From NCBI RefSeq assembly GCF_044704955.1, contig NC_091978.1, forward strand, positions 327,174,001-327,238,000: a DNA stretch of 64,000 bases, read 5' to 3'. This DNA is from Pristiophorus japonicus. Its lineage: Eukaryota. Below are positions 11,597-24,977 of this stretch, in pieces; positions within the stretch are counted from its first letter, which is position 1, and each line of letters begins with the position of its first letter. Under the pieces are notes generated by a model. The model was given only the letters and a program-made list of their open reading frames with translations. It ran no database searches and was not told the origin of the DNA. A program made the position numbers and the translations under genes.

Positions 11597-14500
11597 TGCA
11601 AATGGTAGAATTCTATATTAAGATGGAGAGTGACACAGTTAATTCAGGAACTAGGGTCCTGAACTTAAGGAAAGATAACTTTGATGGTTTGACGCATGAA
11701 TTGGCTAGAATAGACTGGCAAATGATACTTAAAGGGTTGACGGTGGATAGGTAATGGCAAACATTTAAAGATCACATGAATGAACTTCAGCAATTGTACA
11801 TCTCTGTCTGGAGTAAAAATAAAACGGGGAAGGTGGCTCAACCGTGGCTAACAAAGGAAATTAAGGATAGTGTTAAATCCAAGGAAGAGGCATATAAATT
11901 GACCAGAAAAAGCAGCAAACCTGAGGACTGGGAGAAATTTAGAATTCAGCAGAGGAGGACAAAGGGTTTAATTAAGAGGGGGAAAATAGAGTACGAGAAG
12001 AAGCTTGCCAAGAACATAAAAACTGACTGCAAAAGCTTCAATAGATATGTGAAGCGAAAAAGATTAGTGAAGACAAACGTACGTCCCTTGCAGTCGGATT
12101 CAGGTGAATTTATAATGGGGAACAAAGAAATGGCAGACCAATTGAACAAATACTTTGGTTCTGTCTTCATGAAGGAAGACACAAATAACCTTCCGGAAGT
12201 ACTAGAGGACCGAGGGTCCAGTGAGAAGGAGGAACTGAAGGATATCCTTATTAGGTGGGAAATTGTGTTAGGGAAATTGATGGGATTGAAGGCCGATAAA
12301 TCCCCGGGGCCTGATAGTCTGCATCCCAGAGTAATTAAGGAAGTGGCCCTAGAAATAGTGGATGCATTGGTGATCATTTTCCAACAGTCTATCAACTCTG
12401 GATCAGTTCCAATGGACTGGAGGGTAGCTAATGTAACACCACTTTTTAAAAAGGGAGGGAGGGAGAAAGCGGGTAATTATAGACTGGTTAGCCTGACATC
12501 AGTAGTGGGGAAAATGTTGGAATCAATTATTAAGGATGAAATAGCAGCGCATTTGGAAAGCAGTGACAGGATCGGTCCAAGTCAGCATAGAAACATAGAA
12601 AATAGGTGCAGGAGTAGGCCATTTGGCCCTTCTAGCCTGCACCACCATTCAATGAGTTCATGGCTGAACATGCAACTTCAGTACCCCATTCCTGCTTTCT
12701 CGCCATATCCCTTGATCCCCCTAGTAGTAAGGACTTCATCTAACTCCTTTTTGAATATATTTAGTGAATTGGCCTCAACAACTTTCTGTGGTAGAGAATT
12801 CCATCGGTTCACCACTCTCTGGGTGAAGAAGTTTCTCCTCATCTCAGTCCTAAATGGCTTACCTCTTATCCTTAGACTGTGACCCCTGGTTCTGGACTTC
12901 CCCAACATTAGGAACATTCTTCCTGCATCTAACCTGTCTGAACCCATCAGAATTTTAAACGCTTCTATGAGGTCCCCTCTCATTCTTCTGAACTCCAGTG
13001 AATACAAGCCCAGTTGATCCAGTCTTTCTTAATAGGTCAGTCCCACCATCCCGGGAATCAGTCTGGTGAACCTTCGCTGCACTCCCTCAATAGCAAGAAT
13101 ATCCTTCCTCAAGTTAGAAGACCAAAACTGTACACAATACTCCAGGTGTGGCCTCACCAAGGCCCTGTACAACTGTAGCAACACCTCCCTGCCCCTATAC
13201 TCAAATCCCCTCGCTATGAAGGCCAACATGCCATTTGCTTTCTCAACCGCCTGCTGTACCTGCATACCAACCTTCAATGACTGATGTACCATGACACCCA
13301 GGTCTCGTTGCACCTCCCCTTTTCCTAATCTATCATCATTCAGATAATAGTCTGTCTCTCTGTTTTTACCACCAAAGTGGATAACCTCACATTTATCCAC
13401 ATTATACTTCATCTGCCATGCATTTGCCCACTCACCTAACCTATCCAAGTCACTCTGCAGCCTCATAGCATCCTCCTCGCAGCTCACACTGCCACCCAAC
13501 TTAGTGTCATCCGCAAATTTGGATATACTACATTTAATCCCCTCGTCTAAATCATTAATGTTCAGTGTAAACAGCTGGGGCCCCAGCACAGAACCTTGCG
13601 GCACCCCACTAGTCACTGCCTGCCATTCTGAAAAGTCCCCATTTACTCCTACTCTTTGCTTCCTGTCTGACAACCAGTTCTCAATCCATGTCAGCACACT
13701 ACCATCAATCCCATGTGCTTTAACTTTGCACATTAATCTCTTGTGTGGGATCTTGTCGAAAGCCTTCTGAAAGTCCAAATATACCACATCAACTAGTTCT
13801 CCCTTGTCCACTCTATTGGAAACATCCTCAAAAAATTCCAGAAGATTTGTCAAGCATGATTTCCCTTTCACAAATCCATGCTGACTTGGACCTATCATCT
13901 CACCTCTTTCCAAATGTGCTGCTATGACAGCGTGGATTTATGAAGGGAAAATCATGCTTGACAAATCTTCTGGAATTTTTTGAGGATATACCTAGTAGGG
14001 TGGACAAGGGAGAATCAGTGGATGTGGTGTATTTGGACTTTCAAAAGGCTTTTGACAAGGTCCCACACAAGAGATTGGTGTGCAAAATCAAAGCACATGG
14101 TATTGGGTGTAATGTACTGATGTGGATAGAGAACTGGCTGGCAGACAGGAAGCAGAGAGTCGGGATAAATGGATCCTTTTCAGAATGGCAGGCAGTGACT
14201 AGTGGAGTGCCGCAGGGCTCAGTGCTGGGACCCCAGCTCTTTACAATATACATCAATGATTTAGATGAAGGAATTGAGTGTAATATCACCAAGTTTGCAG
14301 ATGACACTAAAGTGGGTGGTGGTGTGAGCTGTGAGGGGGACGCTAAGAGGCTACAGGGTGATTTGGACAGGTTAGGTGAGTGGGCAAATGCATGGCAGAT
14401 GCAGTATAATGTGGATAAATGTGAGGTTATCCACTTTGGGGGCAAAAACGCGAAGACAGAATATTATCTGAATGGCAGCAGATTAGGAAAAGGAGAGGTG

Positions 14501-15228
14501 TAACGAGACCTGGGTGTCATGGTTCACCAGTCATTGAAAGTTGGCATACAGGTACAGCAGGCGGTGAAGAAGGGTAATGGTATGTTGGCCTTCATAGCTA
14601 GGGGATTTGATTACAGGAGCAGGGAGGTCTTACAGCAGTTGTACAGCACCTTGGTGAGGCCTCACCTGGAATATTGTGTTCAGTTTTGGTCTCCTAATCT
14701 GAGGAAGGATGTTCTTGCCATTGAGGGAGTGCAGCGAAGATTCACCAGACTGATTCCAGGGATGGCTGGGCTGACATATGAGGAGAGACTGGATCAACTG
14801 GGCCTTTATACATTGGAGTTTAGAAGGATGAGAGGGGATCTCATAGAAACATATAAGATTCTGACGGGACGGGACAGGTTAGATGCGGGAAGAATGTTCC
14901 CAATGTTGGGGAAGTCCAGAACCAGGACACAGTCTTAGGATAAGGGGTAGGCCATTTAGGATTGAGATGAGGAGAAACTTCTTAACTCAGAGAGTTGTTA
15001 ATCTGTGGAATTCCCTGCCGCAGAGAGTTGTTGATGCCAGTTCATTGGATATATTCAAGAGGGAGTAAGATATGGCCCTTGCGGCTAAGGGGATCAAGGG
15101 GTATGGAGAGAAAGCAGGAAAGGGCTACTGAGGGAATGATAAGCCATGATCTTATTGAATGGTGGTGCAGGCTCGAAGGGTCGAATGGCCTACTCCTGCA
15201 CCTATTTTCCATGTTTCTATGTTTCTAT
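11597..15228 (+). mobile_element. 5'-truncated CR1 LINE interrupted by an inverted CR1
   Basis: ORF2 pieces 11776-12588, 13940-14503 and 14519-14938; tail TTTCCATGTTTCTATGTTTCTAT. Confidence 0.92.
12589..13927 (-). mobile_element. 5'-truncated CR1 nested, inverted
   Basis: RT ORF 13029-13913(-), tail at 12589, degenerate TSD CAGCAT (12583-12588) / CAGCGT (13928-13933). Confidence 0.92.
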
Positions 15229-16332
15229 ATTTCTAAATATCACATCCCAATATTAAAGATGAAGGCTGTCCTACATATTTGCTCACTATAAAGTAATATT
15301 CATGCTATGAAAGACAGGATTAAGCTAATTTCGTGTCCAGTTTGTGCAAAGCCAATAAAATGAATCTCATTATGTATCTAACAACTGTAACATGTCATCC
15401 ACAAATTGGTTGTAAATCCTGGGCACTGATAGACTCATTGTGGATAGCATCAGTGATAAAAACCACCAATTTTATTATTTTCCTTCGATTTGTTCAATTA
15501 AATTTTAAGAATTTACAATCATCTTTATGTACTTTGTGAAGCCTCTATACACTTTGATTCAATGGCACTTGAGTTCTATTGAGATAACTGTGGTTATGCT
15601 TGGATCAGTGCAGGTTTAACGGTTGAAGTTATTTGTTCTTGGTCTCTGAGGTTCCTTATGAGGTGGACTGAAAAAGCCTCCCTTCTAAGCAGTCATGTTA
15701 GTTGGGGTTGTTGTCTTTACCTATATATGTGTGTGCAAATCTGCATTCTCCAGTACTCAAAAACAAATTTGGATAGAAATTGGATCTTGCTTCTGAGCAT
15801 AAAATAGACCCAACAAGGACCAATTTCAACAATCAATCTCCAACACTCAAAGTACGGCTGAAAGACCCGCCATTGAGTCCTGCTATTTTTCATGCATCCC
15901 TGGTGACTACCTAACACTTACATTAGGCCCCTTATCAATGAAGGGCCTCATGCCCTTTTCAGCTCCCTTACAAGTAATGGATATTGATGACTGGAGCAGG
16001 AGTTGGGCCTGCTCACTCAGGAATCTTCAGCGGCCAACAAAAGGTAAGTTTTGTTTATTAAAAGAAAAAAAAAATTGTTCTTGTGGAGCCAGGAAGGACA
16101 GGAGTGCTCTTCCGACTGCACATTAATGCCCATCAGCACCCCGCCCCCCAATAGTCGCTAACCACCCCCCCTATCACCCAGGACTTACCTACAACTGCTG
16201 CCAGTGAGGTATGCTGCCAGACATTGACCCTCCTCCAATTGGCAAGCTGCCTCTGGAGAGCGAGAGGTGCCGATGTCTCGCCCATATAATGTTTATTTCA
16301 GGCCAGCTTTGGGCCTAGAGTAATTTCTACCC

Positions 16333-16883
16333 CATCATAGCCAGTCCCTCAAAGCGAGGATGACTTGTTTTCACGCCAAAAAGAAATGAGTTGACAGGTG
16401 TTTCAATGAAGGACCTAATATTCCAGATCCCGAACTTCATCTTGGAGGGTGGAAGATGCCTGTGCTTGGATTTTTTTAACGTGTGGTGGCCATTGCACAC
16501 CAGCCACCACACGGGCTTGACAGAGCTAGGTCTTGGTCCAGTGGCAAGGATTACCCAAGACGACTGGAGACAGCTCTGCTGCACGGACCGAGCGCGCACA
16601 CATATTGCAGTGTGGGCTGGCCTGTGCTGCCCCTGCGTCCTCGCCTCTTCTGGGCCCCAGACTCAGGCCTCTCCCGGGTCAGTTCCCTCTACAAACTCTT
16701 GCCGTTTCTTTGCCCCTCCTGCTGTGCCTGCTCACACTGCAATGAGCAACCTGACTTCACAGCCATTGCCTCCTGCAGTGGTATGCCGCCACACGTTGTT
16801 CCCTCTGATCGCCCCGGCCTGCTGATGATCTTGCAGGCCGGGACCGTGCCGATTTGTGGGCCGGACCGCCGCACCTGCTCCCT
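16333..16883 (-). mobile_element. About 550-bp non-autonomous retroelement with an RTE 3' tail (copy 1)
   Basis: Homologous to 28455-29012. Ends in ..CAAGTCATCCTCG..GAGGGACTG.CTATGATG, the tail shared with the RTE LINEs here. Confidence 0.75.
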
Positions 16884-19106
16884 CTAATGCAGTCTTTCAA
16901 TCCTCCGTGGTGTATGTGAATATCCAGTCAACGCCACTGTAAGTTTTGAAGTTTGTATCCTTGACACTATACTTCTGCAATAACTTAATTTCACATTTCC
17001 ATAGTAACTCAACCAAGATAGCAGCATGAACATTCTTAAAGTGACAGTAACACCATGCTGGATATTGTAAGTGTGTGCCGCAATGAGTAGATACCAATGT
17101 GTAAGTTCAGAGACAACCCAATACATACCTGAATAAAGCAGCCTCCATCAGAGTTTAACCCCACCATTAGGCACACTGACATAGAAAGAGGAAATTTGGT
17201 TAATGGGTTTGACAGCTGCTTTCCAGAGATATCTACTACTGAGAGTGCAGGCAAAAAAGGGACATTTTTAAAACTGGTAGCTATGTAATGTCACCAACAC
17301 TCCAAGCATCATCCCACCTATCAGTATCAAAGAAATTCTGGTGAGTAATCTTATGGTATCATTACACTAAATTTATTGGGTGGAAATTTGGTACCACCCA
17401 TTTTGAGGCACTAATGGTGATGGGGCAGTAAATTTTGCTCCAGGAAATGGTTTGAATCTGCAGCCGCAAAATTCATCAGTTGGGCTTTGAGTGTGGAGCA
17501 GAGTGCTAAAGGAGTCATTCCACATCTCTCTTAGGGTGCTAGGCTGGCTGAGCAACTGAAAATCCCGAGCTAAAGAGCCGGTCTCGGAGCGCCCTAAGAG
17601 AGGTTTCCTTGGGAAAGAAAAAATCCGCAAAAAAAACCAGCAAAAACATTTCCAATACCTTACTGACGCCACATAAACATAATTCGCAAAAATAAAAAAA
17701 TAAAAAAATAAAAAACAGTCAAACTTACTTCAGGTCGACATTCCTTCCCTCACTGCCGCCAAGACAGCTCGGATCACCCGCTTTCCCAGGCAGTCCCACT
17801 AGGGCGCGCTGCGAGGCACTACGGGTCCCCCAGAAACCAAGTTTCAAAACGGTGTCGGAACCAGGGTCGTTACATACCGGCTCGCCTCTCCCAGGCTGTA
17901 TTGTTCCACGCCCCCGCAAACTGGCACTGACTGTCCCAGTGAGGCACTGGAAACTAGCTGCCCACCCAGAAATTATTCTCGCCACCATTACTGTGTGAAC
18001 AGAGGCAGCATCAAACCGAATTTCCACCCCATTTTGTTGCATCAAGCTGTGTGTCATGTTGGCACTGTAATACAATATGAATGCTTCCACAGCCAGCCTG
18101 ATCTTATTAGTCAAGTTATTTCACACCAGCTGCAGTATAGCAGTAATAGATACAAGCCCACGTTTCAGTTTAAAAAAACATTCCTCCAACTTTCCACTGA
18201 CTGAAACGAGCTGACCATATCCAACAGTGCACTGCCATGTTTAGTACAACGTAGGTTCCTATGGAAACATGGGGCGAGGGGGTGCTGAATTGCTGCAAGG
18301 GTTCTCCCACTCGTCCACTTTCATTTCTGCTGAGGTACCGCAGAAACCCCGGACAAACCCTAGACCCAAACACTTGCTCACCCCACTTTTCCGGGCTTTC
18401 CACAGCTCTTCCACCAAACATCCTGTGGGCGAGCAGTGGAACCCCCGTGGAAACTCGCCCCACAAAAAGCTCTGCCACCCTTACCCTCCACGCCACCCCT
18501 GCAGCAGTACAAGTGGGCTCACTAGACTGTGCACAAGTCCACAAATGGTGGCAGTACTGAATGGCACTACTGGTACAGTGGCAGCATTACGACCAAAGCT
18601 CATGTAGCACAGGGTTAGTATCACAGCAGCATAGCCATGTTCAATAAACAGTCAAGCATTCAGACAAGCACAGTCATTAATTTTCACAATGAAAACCAGC
18701 GACTGAAGTAGCTCATATAGGAACTAAATGAGTTCCAAATAGTGACCTTTTACCTGAATTGAAATTAACTTCAGGAATGTGGAGGTTGCCTTTGCTGCTG
18801 GATCTGGTAGAAAAGGTGTCAGATACCTTGCTAACTGTTTGGACGAATTAGTCACAGCTAAGGGCTTTACCACACAGACACATTTTAAATGTTAAAGTAT
18901 CAACTGTGTTTCAAAGGGACTCAGTTTAAACATCCAATTTTCCAGCAAGGAAATTGTAGCCATTTACAAGAAAATCTGTCCAAAGTGGCTTCTATCAAAG
19001 AAAATCAGTAACTTTTGCAAAATCTCTCCAATCAGTCCTTATGATGAATACTTAACATCATCCATTCAACTGAACATAATCAATAGTTATAATTATACAA
19101 GTGTTT

Positions 19107-19131
19107 AGAGAGAGAGAGAGAGAGAGAGAGA
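19107..19131. repeat. (GA)n microsatellite
   Basis: Directly visible. Confidence 0.95.
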
Positions 19132-19242
19132 GGCTTAAAGCAGTTTATCCAAAGTCATATTGGTTGCTTTGCACGTTTAATCTGTCAGAGAATATGCAAC
19201 GGAGTAACTCCCGAGGCAGTGGACTGAGAATGAGAAAAACAT

Positions 19243-20018
19243 TGGGCCTGAAATTCCAATCACTTCTGACACTTCTCATGGAGGACTGTTACATGGGGGT
19301 CTAGAAAATGGAATGGAACCCAGTCACATCAGGATTCTTGGTCTTGCACTAACCAGCTTCCCCACATCAAGGGGGCATATCTGGGCTACCCTGAGAATCC
19401 CACCTAGTAGATTTTTATAAAGCCTCAATGGAACTCTTACTAGCTGTTGAGGCACTTGGAAGGATCCCAGAATCTCCCAGACTAAGAGGAATTTCCCAGA
19501 TTTTTTTCCCCAAATTGGCCTGGGTTTTTTAATCTGTTTTTTTGCTTCTCCCAGGAGATCACATGGTTTGGGTGGGGTGGAATGTATATGTTGTGATACA
19601 CAAGGTATCACATTTATGTGGGACAGGCTTGATGGACCAGATGGTCTTCACCGTTCCGTCATTGTTTGTATGTTTGTAAGGTAATCAATTCCAATGGAGA
19701 TAGATTGCCTTTGTTATGTTTTCAAATGGCTCCCTTAGGATCTGAAGGTTTATTAAACTTATCTCCATCTTCAGCCTGGGAAGGCTTCATGGTTCCTCAG
19801 CAAGTGACTGTATACTGCTTCCATTTATGATGCGAGTTTAGGTCAGGCATGGCTAAAACACCCTAATACTACAGGCCACCCCAGCCCCCATCCTGACTAA
19901 GGTCATGACTCTTTCATTGCAATTTAGGACAGAGTCCATGGACATGGACATCAGCGCAGTTACGGCCTCTTCCACTGTACTTCCATTGGCAGAATGGGGT
20001 GTTCAGAATTTTAGCCCC
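19243..20018. mobile_element. Putative MITE / non-autonomous DNA transposon containing a CR1 3' UTR fragment (about 19490-19680)
   Basis: Imperfect terminal inverted repeats GGGCCTGAAATTC ... GAATTTTAGCCC; no clean TSD. Confidence 0.4.
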
Positions 20019-20602
20019 AAAAGGTCAGATTCCTTCTTAATGTGACTTTAATGAGAAAAAAACAGAAATGGCATTTCTTATATATGTCATCACAATTATT
20101 TCCCAGCATAACCCAGCAATTTGTTCTTGAAAACCTGTAATTTTTAAAGCCCTATGCACAGCTCCCCCAGATGCACTGAGGCCCAGGCAAGTGCCGAATG
20201 GCCCTTTTGTTAGGAAATGCATTCTGCACAATGAACAGTCAGCAGCCCTTTAGATCTGTTGGTGTCTGTCAATGCAGCCCAAGTGCTCGCGGTGTGCCCT
20301 GAGAGACATAGCCCAAGTGTTACTAAATTATGCACTTTGGCTGATCTCCCTTTATCCAGGGATGTGCACTCAGGCCACCTTGTCAGTCCCTATAACTCCA
20401 CACACAGGTCTTGATATTACCCAGAATGAAACGCTCCAAGACCCCTTAGGAGCAATTTTCAGCTGCTTTTGTCGGAAAACATGTCAGCAGGCAGTTAAAA
20501 ATTTAAAAAACAATTATCTGCCTATTGACTGCCAGAGGCCCAACTGATAAAGTTTTCAGATGGGCTTCAAATGGGCGACTCGTGCTCCTGCCCGAAACAG
20601 AT

Positions 20603-23600
20603 GAACATAAGAACATAAGAATTAGAAACAGGAGTAGGCCATCTAGCCCCTCGAGCCTGCTCCGCCATTCAACAAGATCATGGCTGATCTGGCCGTGGAC
20701 TCAGCTCCACTTACCCGCCCGCTCCCCGTAACCCTTAATTCCCTTATTGGTTAAAAATCTATCAGTCTGTGATTTGAATACATTCAATGAGCAAGCCTCA
20801 ACTTCTTCCTTGGGCAGAGAATTCCACAGATTCACAACCCTCTGAGAGAAGAAATTCCTTCTCAACTCGGTTTTAAATTGGCTCCCCCGTATTTTGAGGC
20901 TGTGCCCCCTAGTTCTAGTTTCCCCGACCAGTGGAAACAACCTCTCTGCCTCTATCTTGTTTATCCCTTTCATTATTTTAAATGTTTCGATAAGATCACC
21001 CCTCATCCTTCTGAACTCCAACGAGTAAAGACCCAATCTACTCAATCTATCATCATAAGGTAACCCCCTCATCTCCGGAATCAGCCTAGTGAATCGTCTC
21101 TGTACCCCTTCCAAAGCTAGTATATCCTTCCTTAAGTAAGGTGACCAAAACTGCATGCAGTACTCCAGGTGCGGCCTCACCAATACCCTGTACAGTTGCA
21201 GCAGGACCTCCCTGCTTTTGTACTCCATCCCTGTCGCAATGAAGGCCAACATTCCATTCGCCTTCCTGATTACCTGCTGTACCTGCAAACTAACTTTTTG
21301 GGATTCATGCACAAGGACCCCCAGGTCCCTCTGCACCGCAGCATGTTGTAATTTCTCCCCATTCAAATAGTATTCCTTTTTACTGTTTTTTTTTCCAAGG
21401 TGGATGACCTCACATTTTCCGACATTGTATTCCATCTGCCAAACCTTAGCCCATTCGCTTAATCTATCTAAATCTCTTTGCAGTATCCCTGTGTCCTCTA
21501 CACAACCCACTTTCCCACTAATCTTTGTGTCATCTGCAAATTTTGTTACACTACACTCTGTCCCCTCTTCCAGGTCATCTATGTAAACAGTTGTGGTCCC
21601 AGCACCGATCCCTGTGGCACACCACTAACCACCGATTTCCAACCTGAAAAGGACCCATTTATCCCGACTCTCTGCTTTCTGTTCGCCAGCCAATTCTCGA
21701 TCCATGCTAATACATTTCCTCTGACTCCGCGTATCTTTATCTTCTGCAGTAACCTTTTGTGTGGCACCTTATCGAATGCCTTTTGGAAATCTAAATACAC
21801 CACATCCATCGGTACACCTCTATCCACCATGCTCATTGTATCCTCAAAGAATTTCAGTAAATTAGTTACACATGATTTCCCCTTCATGAATCCATGTTGC
21901 GTCTGCTTGATTGCACTATTCCTATCGAGATGTCCCGCTATTTCTTCCTCAATGATAGTTTCAAGCATTTTCCCCACTACAGATGTTAAACTAACTGGCC
22001 TATAATTACCTGCCTTTTGTCTGCCCCCTTTTTTTAAACAGAGACATTACATCAGCGGCTTTCCAATCCGATGGTACCTCCCCAGAGTCCAGAGAATTTT
22101 GGTAGATTATAACGAATGCATCTGCTATAACTTCCGCCATCTCTTTTAATACCCTGGGATGCATTTCATCAGGACCAGGGGACTTAGAAACATAGAAAAT
22201 AGAAACATAGAAAATATGTGCAGGAGTAGGCCATTCGGCCCTTCTAGCCTGCACCGCCATTCAATGAGTTCATGGCTGAACATGCAACTTCAGTACCCCA
22301 TTCCTGCTTTCTCACCATACCCCTTGATTCCCCAAGTAGTAAGGACTTCATCTAACTCCTTTTTGAATATATTTAGTGAATTGGCCTCAACAACTTTCTG
22401 TGGTAGAGAATTCCACAGGTTCACCACTCTCTGGGTGAAGAAATTCCTCCTCATCTCGGTCCTAAATGGCTTCCCCCTTATCCTTAGACTGTGTCCCCTG
22501 GTTCTGGACTTCCCCAACATTGGGAACATTCTTCCTGCATCTAACGTGTCTAACCCTGTCAGAATTTTAAACGTTTCTATGAGGTCCCCTCTCATTCTTC
22601 TGAACTCCAGTGAATACAAGCCCAGTTGATCCAGTCTTTCTTGATAGGTCAGTCCCGCCATCCCGGGAATCAGTCTGGTGAACCTTCGCTGCACTCCCTC
22701 AATAGCAAGAATGTCCTTCCTCAGGTTAGGAGACCAAAACTGTACACAATACTCCAGGTGTGGCCTCACCAAGGCCCTGTACAATTGTAGCAACACCTCC
22801 CTGCCCTTGTACTCAAATCCCCTCGCTATGAAGGCCAACATGCCATTTGCTTTCTTAACCGCCTGCTGTACCTGCATGCCAACCTTCAATGACTGATGTA
22901 CCATGACACCCAGGTCTCTTTGCACCTGCCCTTTTCCTAATCTGTCACCATTCAGATAATAGTCTGTCTCTCTGTTTTTACCACCAAAGTGGATAACCTC
23001 ACATTTATCCACATTATACTTCATCTGCCATGCATTTGCCCACTCACCTAACCTATCCAAGTCGCTCTGCAGCCTCATAGAATCCTCCTTGCAGCTCACA
23101 CTGCCACCCAACTTAGTGTCATCCGCAAATTTGGAGATACTACATTTAATCCCCTCGTCTAAATCATTAATGTACAGTGTAAACAGCTGGGGCCACAGCA
23201 CAGAACCTTGCGTTACCCCACTAGTCACTGCCTGCCATTCTGAAAAGTCCCCATTTACTCCTACTCTTTGCTTCCTGTCTGACAACCAGTTCTCAATCCA
23301 TGTCAGCACACTACCCCCAATCCCATGTGCTTTAACTTTGCACATTAATCTCTTGTGTGGGACCTTGTCGAAAGCCTTCTGAAAGTCCAAATATACCACA
23401 TCAACTGGTTCTCCCTTGTCCACTCTACTGGAAACATCCTCAAAAAATTCCAGAAGATTTGTCAAGCATGATTTCCCTTTCACAAATCCATGCTGACTTG
23501 GACCTATCATATTACCTCTTTCCAAATGCACTGCGATGACATCCTTAATAATTGATTCCATCATTTTACCCACTACCGATGTCAGGCTGACCGGTCTGTA

Positions 23601-24353
23601 ATTCCCTGTTTTCTCTCCCCCTGCTTTTTTAAAAAGTGGGGTTACATTGGCTACCCTCCACTCCATAGGAACTGATCCAGAGTCAATGGAATGTTGGAAA
23701 ATGACTGTCAATGCATCCACTATTTCCAAGGCCACCTCCTTAAGTACTCTGGGATGCAGTCTACCTTGAGTCCCATTAGCCTGTCCAGCACTACCCCCCA
23801 AGTGATAGTGATTGTCTCAAGGTCCTCCCTTCCCACATTCCCGTGACCAGCAATTTTTGACATGGTTTTTGTGTCTTCCACTGTGAAGACCGAAGCAAAA
23901 TAATTGTTTAAGGTCTCAGCCATTTAGACATTTCCCATTATTAAATTCCCCTTCTCATCTTCTAAGGGACCAATATTTACTTTAGTCACTCTTTTCCGTT
24001 TTATATATCGGTAAAAGCTTTTACTATCTGTTTTTATGTTTTGCGCAAGTTTACTTCCGTAATCTATCTTTCCTTTCGTTATTGCTTTCTTAGTCATTCT
24101 TTGCTGTCGTTTAAAATTTTCCCAATCTTCTAGTTTCCACTAACCTTGGCCACCTTATACGCATTGGTTTTTAATTTGATACTCTCCTTTATTTCCTTGG
24201 TTATCCACGGCTAGTTATCCCTTCTCTTACCGCCCTTCTTTTTCACTGGAATATATTTTTGTTGAGCACTATGAAAGAGCTCCTTATAAGTTCTCCACTC
24301 TTCCTCAATTGTGCCATCGTTTAGTCTGTGTTCCCAGTCTACTTTAGCCAATT
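20603..24353 (-). mobile_element. 5'-truncated CR1 LINE ((TTCTTATG)n-tail subfamily) interrupted by another CR1
   Basis: ORF pieces 20701-21510, 21579-21977 and 23720-24350. Same subfamily as 59950-62129. Confidence 0.92.
22185..23760 (-). mobile_element. 5'-truncated CR1 nested in the same orientation; RT frame open
   Basis: 503-aa ORF 22290-23801(-) with YLDFQKAFDKV and KFADDTK; tail at 22185. Confidence 0.92.
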
Positions 24354-24977
24354 CTGATGGGAGCCTACTTAAGTATTTCATTTGGGTCCTACTTTGGATG
24401 TGGGACCGCAATGCAATTTTCAGGTACCAATGGGCAGAGCGTGTAGCGCAAAGGGTACCAAGCACGGAGCGGCCTAACCATCTGTCTTTAAAGGGGTGGC
24501 TGGAGGCTGCTTCTGAAAAGATATATCGGGGGTATTTAAGATTTAATTCTTCAGGGCTGCTCAGTTCCAACCTTTCCCAGATTGCCTCCCTCCCACTGGC
24601 CTGATATTCGGATCCATGAAGGAATCTCCCAATTTCCTGCCTGCCTCCGCTCCCCCCACCGCCATTCACTGTACACACTCGCTGAGGTTTGGCAGCTTGT
24701 CCAAAATGTGAAAATGAGGCATGACCATGAAAACAGTTTAGGTTTCTCATGGTAACCATTGGGTAGGTTGGATGCCCCGCCTGCTTTGTGCCAGTTTTGG
24801 GTCAAAGTTGAAAATCGCCCCCGTACAAAATCACAACATTACAACATAATTACAAGTGAGGAAGGCCATACGGTCCATCTTAATTCATCCACCCTGGAGA
24901 GATTCAAATGTCCCCCAATTGTTACGTCCACTTGTTTCTTTAATGATTGCAAGGTTTGTACCTCCAGTACTCTACCT

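Noticed and set aside
11776-12882. 368-aa ORF with an unusual C-terminus
   Set aside because: CR1 ORF2 reading into the antisense tail of a nested CR1.
24211-24759. 182-aa minus ORF upstream of CR1
   Set aside because: Chance fusion of MITE-like flank with the CR1 5' truncation point; no domain recognised.
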